NCBI GenBank assembly: GCA_965205425.1
Contig: CBDBGZ010000004.1
Span: 32,001-96,000 of the forward strand
Direction of reading: 5' to 3'
DNA from: Nitrosopumilus sp.
GTDB lineage: Archaea; Thermoproteota; Nitrososphaeria; Nitrososphaerales; Nitrosopumilaceae
Length of the DNA stretch: 64,000 bases
Position 1 is the first letter of the stretch, and each line of letters opens with the position of its first letter. Under the pieces are notes generated by a model. That model saw only the letters and a program-made list of their open reading frames with translations, made no database searches and was not told the DNA's origin. This document shows positions 10,441 through 19,855 of the stretch, piece after piece. The position numbers and the translations under genes were made by a program.

Positions 10441-10755
10441 ATTTACTTCATATCCATGATCGCGTAAAAATTTTGTTGCAGAAATTATTCCAGTTCTTCT
10501 ATTACCATCCTCAAAAGGTTGTTCCCAAGCAATTTTACACATTAAATGAACTGCTTTTTCAATCAAATCTTCTATTTTATTTCCTGAATTTCCAACACTA
10601 TCTACATGTGGAATTACAGTGTCAATGGTACGTGTTGTGCCAATCCACACCTGTTTGCCAGTTAATCTCCTGTGTCTTTCTAGATTTAATAAAACAAGCT
10701 GGAACCAAAGTAAACTTTGTAAATAATTTGGGAAAGAGAATAGAAAAAGTGTCAA
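10441..10755 (-). pseudogene. Fic/Doc-like protein, C-terminus cut by the IS
   Basis: QPFEDGNRRTG resembles the Fic/Doc motif HxFxDGNxR with Gln in place of His; start uncertain. Confidence 0.6.
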
Positions 10756-10904
10756 TAGTTAATGAGGGTGATTGTATTAAAGTGACACCTATGGGATGGA
10801 TTGACAAGAAAATTTGGCGTGAAATCAATGATATTCTAAGATTACATCAGTTTAGTTGGTTATCTAATGGAAAGGATATTTGTTGGTTGACGATGATTTC
10901 ATAA
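10728..10904 (+). CDS. small hypothetical protein (probable real part of ORF 10404..10904)
   Basis: TTG start gives MGKRIEKVSIVNEGD...WLTMIS; the upstream part of the called ORF is antisense to the Fic-like gene and the IS. Confidence 0.5.
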   Translation: MGKRIEKVSIVNEGDCIKVTPMGWIDKKIWREINDILRLHQFSWLSNGKDICWLTMIS

Positions 10905-11005
10905 ATCAACACGATATTTGATGATTATCAAAAGAATCAAACTCAAAAATATCTCACAATAACCAAAACTATTATTAGTAAATTTAATTTAAAATTTTCA
11001 AGAAC

Positions 11006-11809
11006 ATGAAAAATCTAACGACAACAACAAAGACAATCTTATTTGCTTCTTTGATTGCAGCTCTAATTCTCCCATTTAGTGCAATGGACTTAGCTTTTGC
11101 AGATGTTTCTCCTGAAATAAAGGAGAAGGCAAAGAAAGGTCATGATACTTGGAAAGAACTCAAAGCAGAAGAAAAGAAAGTAACAAAAGATAGTAAAAAG
11201 ATAGACAAACTAGAAAAGAAATTTCAGAAATATGTCAAAGAACTTAACAAACATGGAATAGCAACACAGGAACAATGGGATGAAAACCCACAATATTGGA
11301 GAAACATGAACATGCCTTCAATACATGAACCAATTGTGGAAAATGATACACACAATACAATATTGGATGCTGATTTATTTTTCAATGTTGATAATAGTGA
11401 GATAGAACTCATGAGTCATGGTTGTGGTTGTGCTGGACAAGCTTTGAATGTAATTGCAGGTTTTGATTACTTATTGTGGGGATTTTGGCCAACTAGTGCA
11501 TATTCTGATGATGGTTGGAAAAAACTAACCTACAATGGAGATGTTGACACAACTGAAGTAGTTGATGACGAAATTCATTCAGAGATGACACCACATATTA
11601 CTGCTAATATAGATAGAGCAGGAATAGTCAACTATGGATACAATTATGAGGCAAGAGCATGGGGAAACCTTTTGGATTCCAATAATAGTTACAATTTGCA
11701 ATCCATCGCAGTTGCACCAAGTTCTTTATCCATAACTGAAGATGAATTAACAAACACTCCAGCTAGTACAACTATCAAATATACAGTCACTATTAGCAAT
11801 ATGAGTTAA
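11006..11809 (+). CDS. secreted pre-pro-type protein, family member 1
   Basis: Signal peptide ending LAFA; ELNKHGIATQEQWDENPQYW motif shared with 13605 and 62630; T-run after stop. Confidence 0.85.
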   Translation: MKNLTTTTKTILFASLIAALILPFSAMDLAFADVSPEIKEKAKKGHDTWKELKAEEKKVTKDSKKIDKLEKKFQKYVKELNKHGIATQEQWDENPQYWRNMNMPSIHEPIVENDTHNTILDADLFFNVDNSEIELMSHGCGCAGQALNVIAGFDYLLWGFWPTSAYSDDGWKKLTYNGDVDTTEVVDDEIHSEMTPHITANIDRAGIVNYGYNYEARAWGNLLDSNNSYNLQSIAVAPSSLSITEDELTNTPASTTIKYTVTISNMS

Positions 11810-11841
11810 CATACTATTTCTTTTTTTATAAAATAACGATC

Positions 11842-12345
11842 ATGTTTGATTACCATAAACCTCCCCAAGTATCTACCAATAAAGAAATATATGAAAAAGG
11901 AAAAACAGTAGGACTTTTTGACATTGATATTTTGTCTGAGCAAGGTGGTGGAAAAATTTGTACTTTTTGGAGAGGGTTTAGAAAATCAGATTTTGAAAAA
12001 TTCTCAAATCATCCAATTTTGGAAACTCTGAAAAAAATTTATTCCATATTAGAACCAAACCAAATCATAACAAAACCTAGATTCCGAGAATTTTTTGAAG
12101 ACAGTCCAGATTATTCATTAATTCACAAAATTCAATCAAAGAAACAACATCCCAAAGATACAAAATTTATGGCATATTTACAGCTAAAAATTATTCTTCA
12201 ACCTTATGACTTTGAAAAAGGAGAGTTATTTTTTGAATATAAGAACTATGACTTTCCTAATGGTATACAAAAAGCTCAAATGGATAAAGTATTGTATAGT
12301 CTTCTTATCAACTTATATTCAGCCTTGAAATATAAAGAGAAGTAA
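11842..12345 (+). CDS. hypothetical protein
   Basis: 167-aa ATG ORF, basic and aromatic, no signal peptide. Confidence 0.7.
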   Translation: MFDYHKPPQVSTNKEIYEKGKTVGLFDIDILSEQGGGKICTFWRGFRKSDFEKFSNHPILETLKKIYSILEPNQIITKPRFREFFEDSPDYSLIHKIQSKKQHPKDTKFMAYLQLKIILQPYDFEKGELFFEYKNYDFPNGIQKAQMDKVLYSLLINLYSALKYKEK

Positions 12346-12665
12346 CATACACAGTACAAGATTCATTTCACTTACATCAAGATTAGAATGGGATTCAGCA
12401 CCCGCCTATCTTTACACTAATTCAAAAATTGGGAAATTTATCAAAACAACCGCTAACTTTCCAGTGTATGACAACAGGAACTGGTAAGTTTACGATAGAT
12501 AATTCCTCTTGGAAAGTATCGGTAGATAGGTGTTAAGTTGGATTAACTATTCATTGACTGTAAATTCAAAAATACTCTTTGCAATCGTTTTTCATTTGAT
12601 TCTCTGGAATGCTTACTCATTGAAATACAAAATCAATTTTGCAGAAAAAGAGGAAACTGATCAGT

Positions 12666-13571
12666 TTACTTTTTGGCCAGTTTTGATACAAATGATTTGT
12701 CATTACGATGCCGGATATAGAATCCGCGTTTTTTAAGAATATTTTTAATTTTATCCATATTTTGTTGATCATCATTATCCTCAGAATTTTGATATACTGA
12801 CAGCAACATATCTTCAGTCAGATCAGCATATGCGCCATCATCATGGCCGTCGTCTGCCATTTGCTTATCATCAGAAACAATAACTGTATCAGGCATGGTT
12901 TCAAATTCCTCAGGTTTTACATCACCTGATTCATTTGAGGGTGGACCAACAGTGTGTTTCATCTCATCAGTACCAGTACCAGTGGCAGCAGTACCGGGTG
13001 AGAATTCTGCATCTCGTATCACATCACCATCATTATTATCATTAGGGAATTTACTTTGGGAATATCCTTTGAACATCCACATTTTAACGGTCTTTTTGTC
13101 ATCAGGATCATTAGGATTTGATGGATTTTGAATGGTTTGTTCTTCACATAAAAGATCATTTTTATTTTCAAATTTATGCAACTCCTCAATAATCTTTTTT
13201 TCATCATGCCTCCAAACACTATCTACGACATACTGCTCAGATACCTTGCCTCCTGCATTCATCAGTGTAGAAAATATCTCAGTTTGCAGTACGTTAAACT
13301 GTCTAATACGATCAGAGTCTACGCCAATTGATGTCATAATATCGGCATTCATAACAGTTACAGAATAATCTTCTGTATCAATATTTTTATTTGAAAATGC
13401 ATTTACAATCTTTTCCTTGTCACGATTTGAAAAAACAAAAAACCAAACAAAGAACCCTCGATCCTTACTCTTCTCATAGTTTGTGATGACTTGGCCCATG
13501 TGTTTGCCTGGCGCAGTCTCAACTTCAAGTGCAATGACTTTTTCGGACCAATTATTTGGATTATACGCCAC
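12666..13571 (-). CDS. probable 5'-truncated mobile-element protein with a PD-(D/E)xK-like IALEVET segment and acidic tail
   Basis: Begins abruptly at VAY..IALEVE; in-frame stop about 10 codons upstream; somewhat higher GC than flanks. Confidence 0.55.
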   Translation of the reverse strand: MAYNPNNWSEKVIALEVETAPGKHMGQVITNYEKSKDRGFFVWFFVFSNRDKEKIVNAFSNKNIDTEDYSVTVMNADIMTSIGVDSDRIRQFNVLQTEIFSTLMNAGGKVSEQYVVDSVWRHDEKKIIEELHKFENKNDLLCEEQTIQNPSNPNDPDDKKTVKMWMFKGYSQSKFPNDNNDGDVIRDAEFSPGTAATGTGTDEMKHTVGPPSNESGDVKPEEFETMPDTVIVSDDKQMADDGHDDGAYADLTEDMLLSVYQNSEDNDDQQNMDKIKNILKKRGFYIRHRNDKSFVSKLAKK

Positions 13572-13604
13572 ATCTTTATTAGCTACGCCTAAATTGATAT
13601 TCTA

Positions 13605-14357
13605 ATGACAAGAACAAAATATCTAATACCTCTGCTAGCAATGGTACTTCTAATTCCTGGAGTACAAACCTTTGCACAACCTGACATAATACCAGAAGAT
13701 GACACTATAGGACCAGTTGGTACAATAGATGTAGCAGTACAACAACCATCAGATGAGATTTTAGCACTGTTAGAATTATCTGAAACTGAAACAGACATAC
13801 AAGAACAAGAAAGGATCAAAGACGAACTAAATGCTTTAGGTGTTCCGACCACTGAACAATTAGATTCTAATTTTGAGTATTGGACATTAAAGTCATCATA
13901 TACAAAATTAGCTGAAGATCCTTTTGTTGAAAAAACAAATCAAGAAATAACTTTAGCAACCTATCAATCAGTACAATGTCCTGGTTGTAATCCTGAACCA
14001 GATAAAGTTGCATATTTTCCTGGTTATTGGTATGATTGTGGTTTGGCATATCAATGCTCAGCATCTGTTTCATCATGGGTTTTAGTTGAAGAACTACAAT
14101 CTAGATCAATTACATTCCATAATACGTCTCCTGAATCTAATCCATCAGTTCGTGGTTGGTATTATGTTCAAGGACCACAAGATTCTACTCTTGTTGATTG
14201 GGATGACATCTACATAGTCAACCCTACAGGATTTGATGAACGTCACTATTATGTTGAAGATGTAAATCCTTCAAAATTGAAATTGATGCCTGTTATTAAT
14301 AACGTACAGCAATCTCATCAAGTTGGATTTGTGTTTACGGTTCATTCCATTGACTGA
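13605..14357 (+). CDS. secreted pre-pro-type protein, family member 2
   Basis: Signal peptide ending TFA; ELNALGVPTTEQLDSNFEYW motif; T-run after stop. Confidence 0.85.
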   Translation: MTRTKYLIPLLAMVLLIPGVQTFAQPDIIPEDDTIGPVGTIDVAVQQPSDEILALLELSETETDIQEQERIKDELNALGVPTTEQLDSNFEYWTLKSSYTKLAEDPFVEKTNQEITLATYQSVQCPGCNPEPDKVAYFPGYWYDCGLAYQCSASVSSWVLVEELQSRSITFHNTSPESNPSVRGWYYVQGPQDSTLVDWDDIYIVNPTGFDERHYYVEDVNPSKLKLMPVINNVQQSHQVGFVFTVHSID

Positions 14358-14563
14358 CTTCAAATCTTCAACTCCTCTTTTTTCTTTTCATAATATAATA
14401 TTGAAAAAAGGTACATCTATCACTAGAAAAACTATATCAGATAAACTATCCATTGAAGAATTTGAATGTGATTACATACAAAAAGAATAAAATAAAAACA
14501 GTAGCCTAGTTGGCTAACGACCTCAGAACCTGTTATATGATAATTTTATAAATTAATTAATGT

Positions 14564-14630
14564 TGGGGACTGGGAGGGACTCGAACCCACGATCAACGGG
14601 TTCTGAGGCCGTCGTTTTACCGACTAAACT
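14564..14630 (-). tRNA. tRNA-like element or tRNA pseudogene; 5' acceptor strand lost to an IS5 end; loop CT-CAG-AA with short variable arm
   Basis: Minus strand AGTTTAGTCGGTAAAAC G ACGGC CTCAGAA CCCGT TGATC GTGGG TTCGAGT CCCTC CCAGTCCCCA shows D-arm, anticodon arm and GTTCGA T-loop. Confidence 0.6.
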
Positions 14631-14819
14631 ACTTTGTTTCCCAACCCCAAATAACCATCAACACTCTTTGATGCTTTGAAATCATTTCTGATTCTATTGG
14701 ATTGCAATCATTTTATTGTACAGACAAACTTTCATTTTCAATTCATGAATCATGTTTTCTCTCTTGTGCGATGTCACATGCTCTCCAAATATTCTTTTGA
14801 ATACAGAGAATACTCCCTC
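14631..14819 (-). mobile_element. right-end remnant of IS5-a
   Basis: Matches the reverse complement of about 43729-43917. Confidence 0.9.
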
Positions 14820-16159
14820 GTATATGTTTAGATCCCAACTCACACATACTTTACAATCTCGTACAAAAGATTACAATTCCTCATATTCCATGTCATGATG
14901 CAACTCATCAGATTTCCAAACATTCTCATACCCTTCTCATTCCTAACACATCCTCGAATCTTTCTGTGAATGACGGATTCTCTCAACGCGTGTTCTGCTG
15001 CATTGTTTGTAGGTTCTATGTTTTCATACAGCAAAAATGTAAACAGATCGTATTTTGTATTATACAATTTGTTTAGGAATTTCTCCAGTTCCTTTTCATT
15101 GCAATGCTCAGAAACAATTCTTTCAAAGAGATTCACTGCAGCATCATGTGCTGTATCACTTGGTTGTATGCCTTTGATATCGTAAAATAATCTCTGCAAG
15201 GAATAATACAGTGATTTTGAATTGTCTGTTTCTAGTTTTTCTGATGTGTGTCTTGCTTCACGCAGTATGTGTGCCCAACACTTCTGTCTGATACCAAACA
15301 TATGGTATGGCATCCATCCATCACAGACTGCAACTCCTGCAAATGATGGGAAATGTTTTTGCAATACATTTGCACCCCTGCTTTTCTCAACTGTGATGCA
15401 ACAAGAGTTCTGATTTACCCCAGTCCATACCCATCCAGTTTTTCCATGTATGGAACATTTTGTCTCATCAAAATGAGCAGATTTTGAGTCGCAAATGTCC
15501 TGTCTGATTTGTTCTACCATAGGCTCCAGTGCAGATGATACATTGCACAAGCAGTTGTTGATGGTTCCTGCAGATATTTTCAAATTGTAAAAGGCTTGAA
15601 GCATCTTTGCAATGTTTCTTAGTGTAACTCTTGCAGACCACAAAGATAGAATAATTCCTGTAATGTGAAATCCAAGACATCCTTTCTTTGGAATGGGGCA
15701 ATCAGTAACTGTTGTATTTCCACAATTGTTGCAAAAGTAAGAAGGAATAACATGTTTTGTTATGGTAACTGGTTGCGGTTTTGGGATTTCTGCAATGATT
15801 CGAGTTTGTTGTGTAGTTTGAGTTATTTTTTTACTGCCACAGTTTGAGCATTTCTTTGAATCATGATGAATTGTTTTTGTGGGTTTGAAGCTGTGAGTTT
15901 TACCATCATGTCCTGGCTTTTGTCCTGGTTTGTTTGGATGAGTTGATTTTCGTTCTTTCTTTTGTTTTTTCCAGTGGAGAGAATCAGATGATGGTGGAGA
16001 ATTTGGGTTCTCATAGTAGGATAATTTCTTCTTTAGCTCTGTAATCTCTTTTTGTAATTTATCGCATTGTTTGCAATCATGAAAATCGCCCATTATTGTT
16101 GCAAAATTCTTCCCTGATCTAAACTATTCGATATATCTAGGCACGACCTAAACACACAC
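14820..16159 (-). mobile_element. IS66-family element type 2
   Basis: Imperfect terminal repeats GTATATGTTTAGAT / GTGTGTGTTTAGGT; flanked by pieces of two different IS5 elements; no target duplication. Confidence 0.9.
14840..16093 (-). CDS. IS66-family transposase (417 aa)
   Basis: NPNSPPSSD, PGQKPGHDG, CxxC pairs, HFDET, QKCWAHILRE, TNNAAEHALRESVIHRKI. Confidence 0.93.
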   Translation of the reverse strand: MGDFHDCKQCDKLQKEITELKKKLSYYENPNSPPSSDSLHWKKQKKERKSTHPNKPGQKPGHDGKTHSFKPTKTIHHDSKKCSNCGSKKITQTTQQTRIIAEIPKPQPVTITKHVIPSYFCNNCGNTTVTDCPIPKKGCLGFHITGIILSLWSARVTLRNIAKMLQAFYNLKISAGTINNCLCNVSSALEPMVEQIRQDICDSKSAHFDETKCSIHGKTGWVWTGVNQNSCCITVEKSRGANVLQKHFPSFAGVAVCDGWMPYHMFGIRQKCWAHILREARHTSEKLETDNSKSLYYSLQRLFYDIKGIQPSDTAHDAAVNLFERIVSEHCNEKELEKFLNKLYNTKYDLFTFLLYENIEPTNNAAEHALRESVIHRKIRGCVRNEKGMRMFGNLMSCIMTWNMRNCNLLYEIVKYV

Positions 16160-16275
16160 GTCCTGAGTTGTAACATTTCTTGATGTGACATCTCCGGACG
16201 TGGTGTATTTTGGTGATCTGATCATCTAAATACACCAGAACCATGATTGGTAATAGATGGAAAAGTGATCATATA

Positions 16276-16333
16276 TAGCGAAAAGATAAAGTTCGTGAAC
16301 TAAATAATTCCAAAACAAAAAACTTTTTGATCA
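16276..16333 (+). mobile_element. isolated IS630A left end
   Basis: TA followed by TAGCGAAAAGATAAAGTTCGTGAACTAAA...CTTTTTGATCA as at 36772; no matching right end found. Confidence 0.75.
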
Positions 16334-16566
16334 GTCTACACTGTTCAATCTTAGTGGTTCTGGTAAATTATAGTGATCTGTGTTACAAAACATGAAATAT
16401 GGATCTTCTCCAAATTCGATTTTAGAGAACTTGGTTATTTCTATATGAATAATTTACTCCAAATCATTCTCAGTAAACCCTGCTGTTAAATTTTGGTGAT
16501 CTCAGCCTAATTTTAGAATTTTCAGAATTATTTTTCAAATATTTTGGACATAAGATTCCAAATTTT

Positions 16567-16836
16567 ATGTGGATGGGAGTAAGTATAGAAAATCAAGATT
16601 TTGTTTTAAGAATTAATGATTTGCGCAAAGTAAAATGTCATACACGATTCATAAGTTTTGAGCCATTAATTGGATATGTAGGAAAAGTAAATCTGAAAGG
16701 AATTGATTGGGCAATAATTGGAGGTGAGAGTGGACACCATTACCGATCAGTAGAAAAAGAATGGATTCTAGAAATTATTGAACAGTGTAAAAAGCAAAAG
16801 GTGGCCGTATTTTTCAAACAATGGGGTGCTAATTAA
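16567..16836 (+). pseudogene. C-terminal fragment of a DUF5131 (phage Gp37/Gp68-like) protein
   Basis: WMGVSIEN, RFISFEPL, IDWAIIGGESG, FFKQWG motifs; N-terminal part absent. Confidence 0.85.
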
Positions 16837-16941
16837 TTATCAATCCACAGTATACACACTTGAAAATTATGTGTTATTTTTTTGATCATTTGTCAATTAT
16901 TGACCACTTTACATTTTATCAAAAATAAAAAAGTCTGATAC

Positions 16942-17751
16942 ATTACGGCTAAAAAATATAATTCACCAATAACTTATCGATTAAAGGAAATTCCTGTAAA
17001 ACAGATTAAAGTATGGAAAGATGCACAGGCAAGAAAACTAGACCGCGAGGGAATTGCAGAACTTGCAAAGTCTATCAGAAATGATGGGTTACAAAATCCG
17101 CCGATGGTCCAGAAAAATGGTAAGAACTCTTATCTGTTAATGTCAGGCCAGAGAAGGCTTGCAGCTTTGAAAAGACTAGGTGCAAAAAAGATACCCGTAT
17201 TACTGTTAACAAATAGTACCAAATATGATTTAGAGGATGCAAAGGCAGCATCAGTTGTTGAGAATTTACACAGAAATCAAATGAACACTAAGGATATGAC
17301 TGCAGCTTGTGTATTTTTAACAGAATCTGTAGGAAAATCAAAGGCTGCAAAATCATTAGGGATTTCATCTCAGACCTTGAAAAAATACCTTGGATTTGCA
17401 GCAGTTCCAGAGAAACTAAAACGATTTGTTCCAAAAGAGTTGTCTTGTGATGATTGTACTAGATTATATCAAATTGTATCAAATGTACCAAAGGCCGTAT
17501 CCATTGCAGAGAAAATTATTCCGCTAGATCAGAAACTACGAAAGGAATACCTCAAGGCTTTAAGTAGATCTCCAAAGTCATCACATCTAAAATTACTAAA
17601 AAGAGCCAGAGCAGGATTACTCCAACAAAGAGTCACAATTGAATTAACTAAAGGAAATGCAAGGAAATTACGTAGTTTAGCTGGTAAAAAAGAGATTGAT
17701 GTAGATGAAATGGCTGATGAAATATTATCTAGTTATCTGAAAAGAAGATAA
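16942..17751 (+). CDS. ParB/Spo0J N-terminal-domain protein with HTH and C-terminal RHH-like segment (apparent ATT start)
   Basis: LAKSIRNDGLQNPPMV and SGQRRLAA ParB motifs extend 54 codons upstream of called ATG 17104; ENLHR. Confidence 0.85.
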   Translation: MTAKKYNSPITYRLKEIPVKQIKVWKDAQARKLDREGIAELAKSIRNDGLQNPPMVQKNGKNSYLLMSGQRRLAALKRLGAKKIPVLLLTNSTKYDLEDAKAASVVENLHRNQMNTKDMTAACVFLTESVGKSKAAKSLGISSQTLKKYLGFAAVPEKLKRFVPKELSCDDCTRLYQIVSNVPKAVSIAEKIIPLDQKLRKEYLKALSRSPKSSHLKLLKRARAGLLQQRVTIELTKGNARKLRSLAGKKEIDVDEMADEILSSYLKRR

Positions 17752-17876
17752 ATCCTAGTCATGAAAATAGGATTTTCATAAATCAATACATGTAACTTTC
17801 ATGCCTAATGGAGAATTAACCAAAGTATTACGGTTAAGGTGTTTTTCTAGATGATTTTAAGAAGCATGTTTTAAAA

Positions 17877-18404
17877 TTATAATTTCACAAGTGTTTTTTC
17901 AGATTTATTTTGTGTTATCCAAAGATCAGGATCAGTTTTTTCTCCTTTTTGTTTTATGAACCCTTCAGTGTTTACAGTTATCTGCTCTAATACTTTCTTT
18001 GCAATCTCCATGTCTTTTTTTGAAATCTTGGATAGTCCCATGTTTCTTATTTCCACAATGCAATCAATTATTGGATCTACTATGTCTTTGGATTTTTTAG
18101 TCATAAAGATCAGATTGTTTCTACGGTCTTTTGGATCAGATTGTCTTGTGATGTATTTTTCTTTCTCCATTCTATCTATTATTGGTACAAGTGTTGGAGC
18201 TTCAACAAATGCCATGTTTGCAATATGTTTCTGAGTGATGCCTTCTTTCATAGATAATATAACAATAATTTTCCATTGTGCGCCAACAAGACCAAAACGT
18301 TCGTGTAGCTCAATATCTGCAGCTTTTTCCCACGCCTTAGCAGATGTTTTTAGCATTAATCCTATACTTTCTTGTAGATCCAGTGTTTTTATTTCAGATT
18401 CCAC
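17877..18404 (-). CDS. MarR-family transcriptional regulator
   Basis: QWKII, ITQKHIA, IDRMEKEKYITRQSDPKDRR. Confidence 0.9.
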   Translation of the reverse strand: MESEIKTLDLQESIGLMLKTSAKAWEKAADIELHERFGLVGAQWKIIVILSMKEGITQKHIANMAFVEAPTLVPIIDRMEKEKYITRQSDPKDRRNNLIFMTKKSKDIVDPIIDCIVEIRNMGLSKISKKDMEIAKKVLEQITVNTEGFIKQKGEKTDPDLWITQNKSEKTLVKL

Positions 18405-18475
18405 TCCTGTTTCAAATTCATATTAGTTAATTAGTCTTCTATCGATTAATATAATAACCATTCAATAAACAATGG

Positions 18476-18487
18476 TTAGGATCCTAA
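18476..18487. promoter_or_regulatory. palindrome TTAGGATCCTAA, candidate MarR operator
   Basis: Perfect 12-bp palindrome between marR and the divergent gene pair. Confidence 0.5.
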
Positions 18488-18517
18488 TCTTTATTATCTA
18501 TGAATATTTGAAAAAAT

Positions 18518-19855
18518 ATGGGCATGGGATCTAGGCATAAAAATTCAATGATTCAAAATAAATCAGACACATTATTTAGAAATAATTTAAAAATATTGTA
18601 TTTTGCTGCAATATGCGTAATTTCCATTTCATTAATTCAAAATACATATGCCCAAACAACACCGGAAGAAGGTTCGTTATCAGGAGATTTACAGAACAAT
18701 CCTGTAGCTCAGGACATTTTAGATAAAATTGAAAAAAGTAAAAGAATGATTAAAAACTTACAAGAAAAGGATTTTGAAGCATCAGAAAGACAAAAAGAAC
18801 TAGAAGAGAAAAGAATGGATGCATTGGAACATTTGAATGCAGATTTGAAAAAATGGGAAGATTTGTGGGGTTATTATACATTTGATAAAATGCTCGAACG
18901 CGCATTGGAGAACAGTCCTGCAAAATTAACTGATACGATTTATGATCATCCTCTAAAGTTTACGGCATCTAAAATTAATGCAGGTCGTGCTGCTTTATCT
19001 AAAGTAATTGAAAATGATGGAAGTGCTGAAGAAGCAAGGGATGCTTTTGTCAATGCTGCTCAAATTACAAAAGTTGAAATGATATCAGCTAATGCATTAT
19101 ACAATGTTCTAACCGGAAATGCATACTATAACCAACAAATTCTCTTTGATGCAGACGGACAGTTCAATCTCAATTTATCTGGAGAGCAATTACATAAGTA
19201 CTACCTTGATTATAGAACCAACCCCGGTTATCTACTAGCAAATCCAAAAGATACGTCTTCATGGAATGAGTTGAGTGAAACTAATCCTGACACAAAATGT
19301 AGAGATGAGTATGTTTTGATATATCGAGATCATGCAGAAGATTATGTTTGTGTAACAGAGTATACTGCTGAAATGTGGCAAAGACATGGAATGGGAAGTC
19401 CTGTTGATAAAGAAATACAAATTATTCCAGAAGGATTAACACAAATTCAAATGAATCATGATAGAATTGTCGAAAAGGCATTTGGAATCAATCTAAAAAT
19501 TCAAAAAATCCATGATACTTATGATGATCAAATAGACAAAATGGATAGAAAACATGACCTTTTGTTTGTAGAATTAGAAGAGAAACAGAAAGAGGAAGAA
19601 AAAATCGTCTTAAACAAACTCAATAATGATGAAATATCTGTAGATAATTTTAGCACGCAAATTACAGATATTCGTGAAAAATATCATGCTGTTGAAAAAA
19701 ACATGATTAAAGAAAAATTCCAGATATTAGAGATTATGGAAAAATCTCTAAAAAATAACCTCGACATCTTGATATCAAAATATGAACATGATTCTGAAGT
19801 TAAGATTAATTGGAATTCTGAACAAGATACGTTTAGTGTAATAGGGAGAGTATGA
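18518..19855 (+). CDS. secreted coiled-coil protein with one Cys-pair module
   Basis: Signal-like segment ending TYA; SGDLQNNPVAQDIL shared with next gene; true start may be ATG 18548. Confidence 0.85.
   Translation: MGMGSRHKNSMIQNKSDTLFRNNLKILYFAAICVISISLIQNTYAQTTPEEGSLSGDLQNNPVAQDILDKIEKSKRMIKNLQEKDFEASERQKELEEKRMDALEHLNADLKKWEDLWGYYTFDKMLERALENSPAKLTDTIYDHPLKFTASKINAGRAALSKVIENDGSAEEARDAFVNAAQITKVEMISANALYNVLTGNAYYNQQILFDADGQFNLNLSGEQLHKYYLDYRTNPGYLLANPKDTSSWNELSETNPDTKCRDEYVLIYRDHAEDYVCVTEYTAEMWQRHGMGSPVDKEIQIIPEGLTQIQMNHDRIVEKAFGINLKIQKIHDTYDDQIDKMDRKHDLLFVELEEKQKEEEKIVLNKLNNDEISVDNFSTQITDIREKYHAVEKNMIKEKFQILEIMEKSLKNNLDILISKYEHDSEVKINWNSEQDTFSVIGRV

Noticed and set aside
10404..10727. 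N-terminal part of the 166-aa ORF
   Set aside because: Starts inside an IS end and runs antisense to the Fic-like frame
12388..12408. GGGATTCAGCACCCGCC as a tRNA fragment or att site
   Set aside because: No canonical T-loop and no match to the tRNA-like element
14564..14630. Evidence for genetic code reassignment or a UCA (Sec/opal) tRNA
   Set aside because: The element is truncated and mismatched; a UCA register breaks the stem and U33; TGA ends ordinary genes here at expected positions
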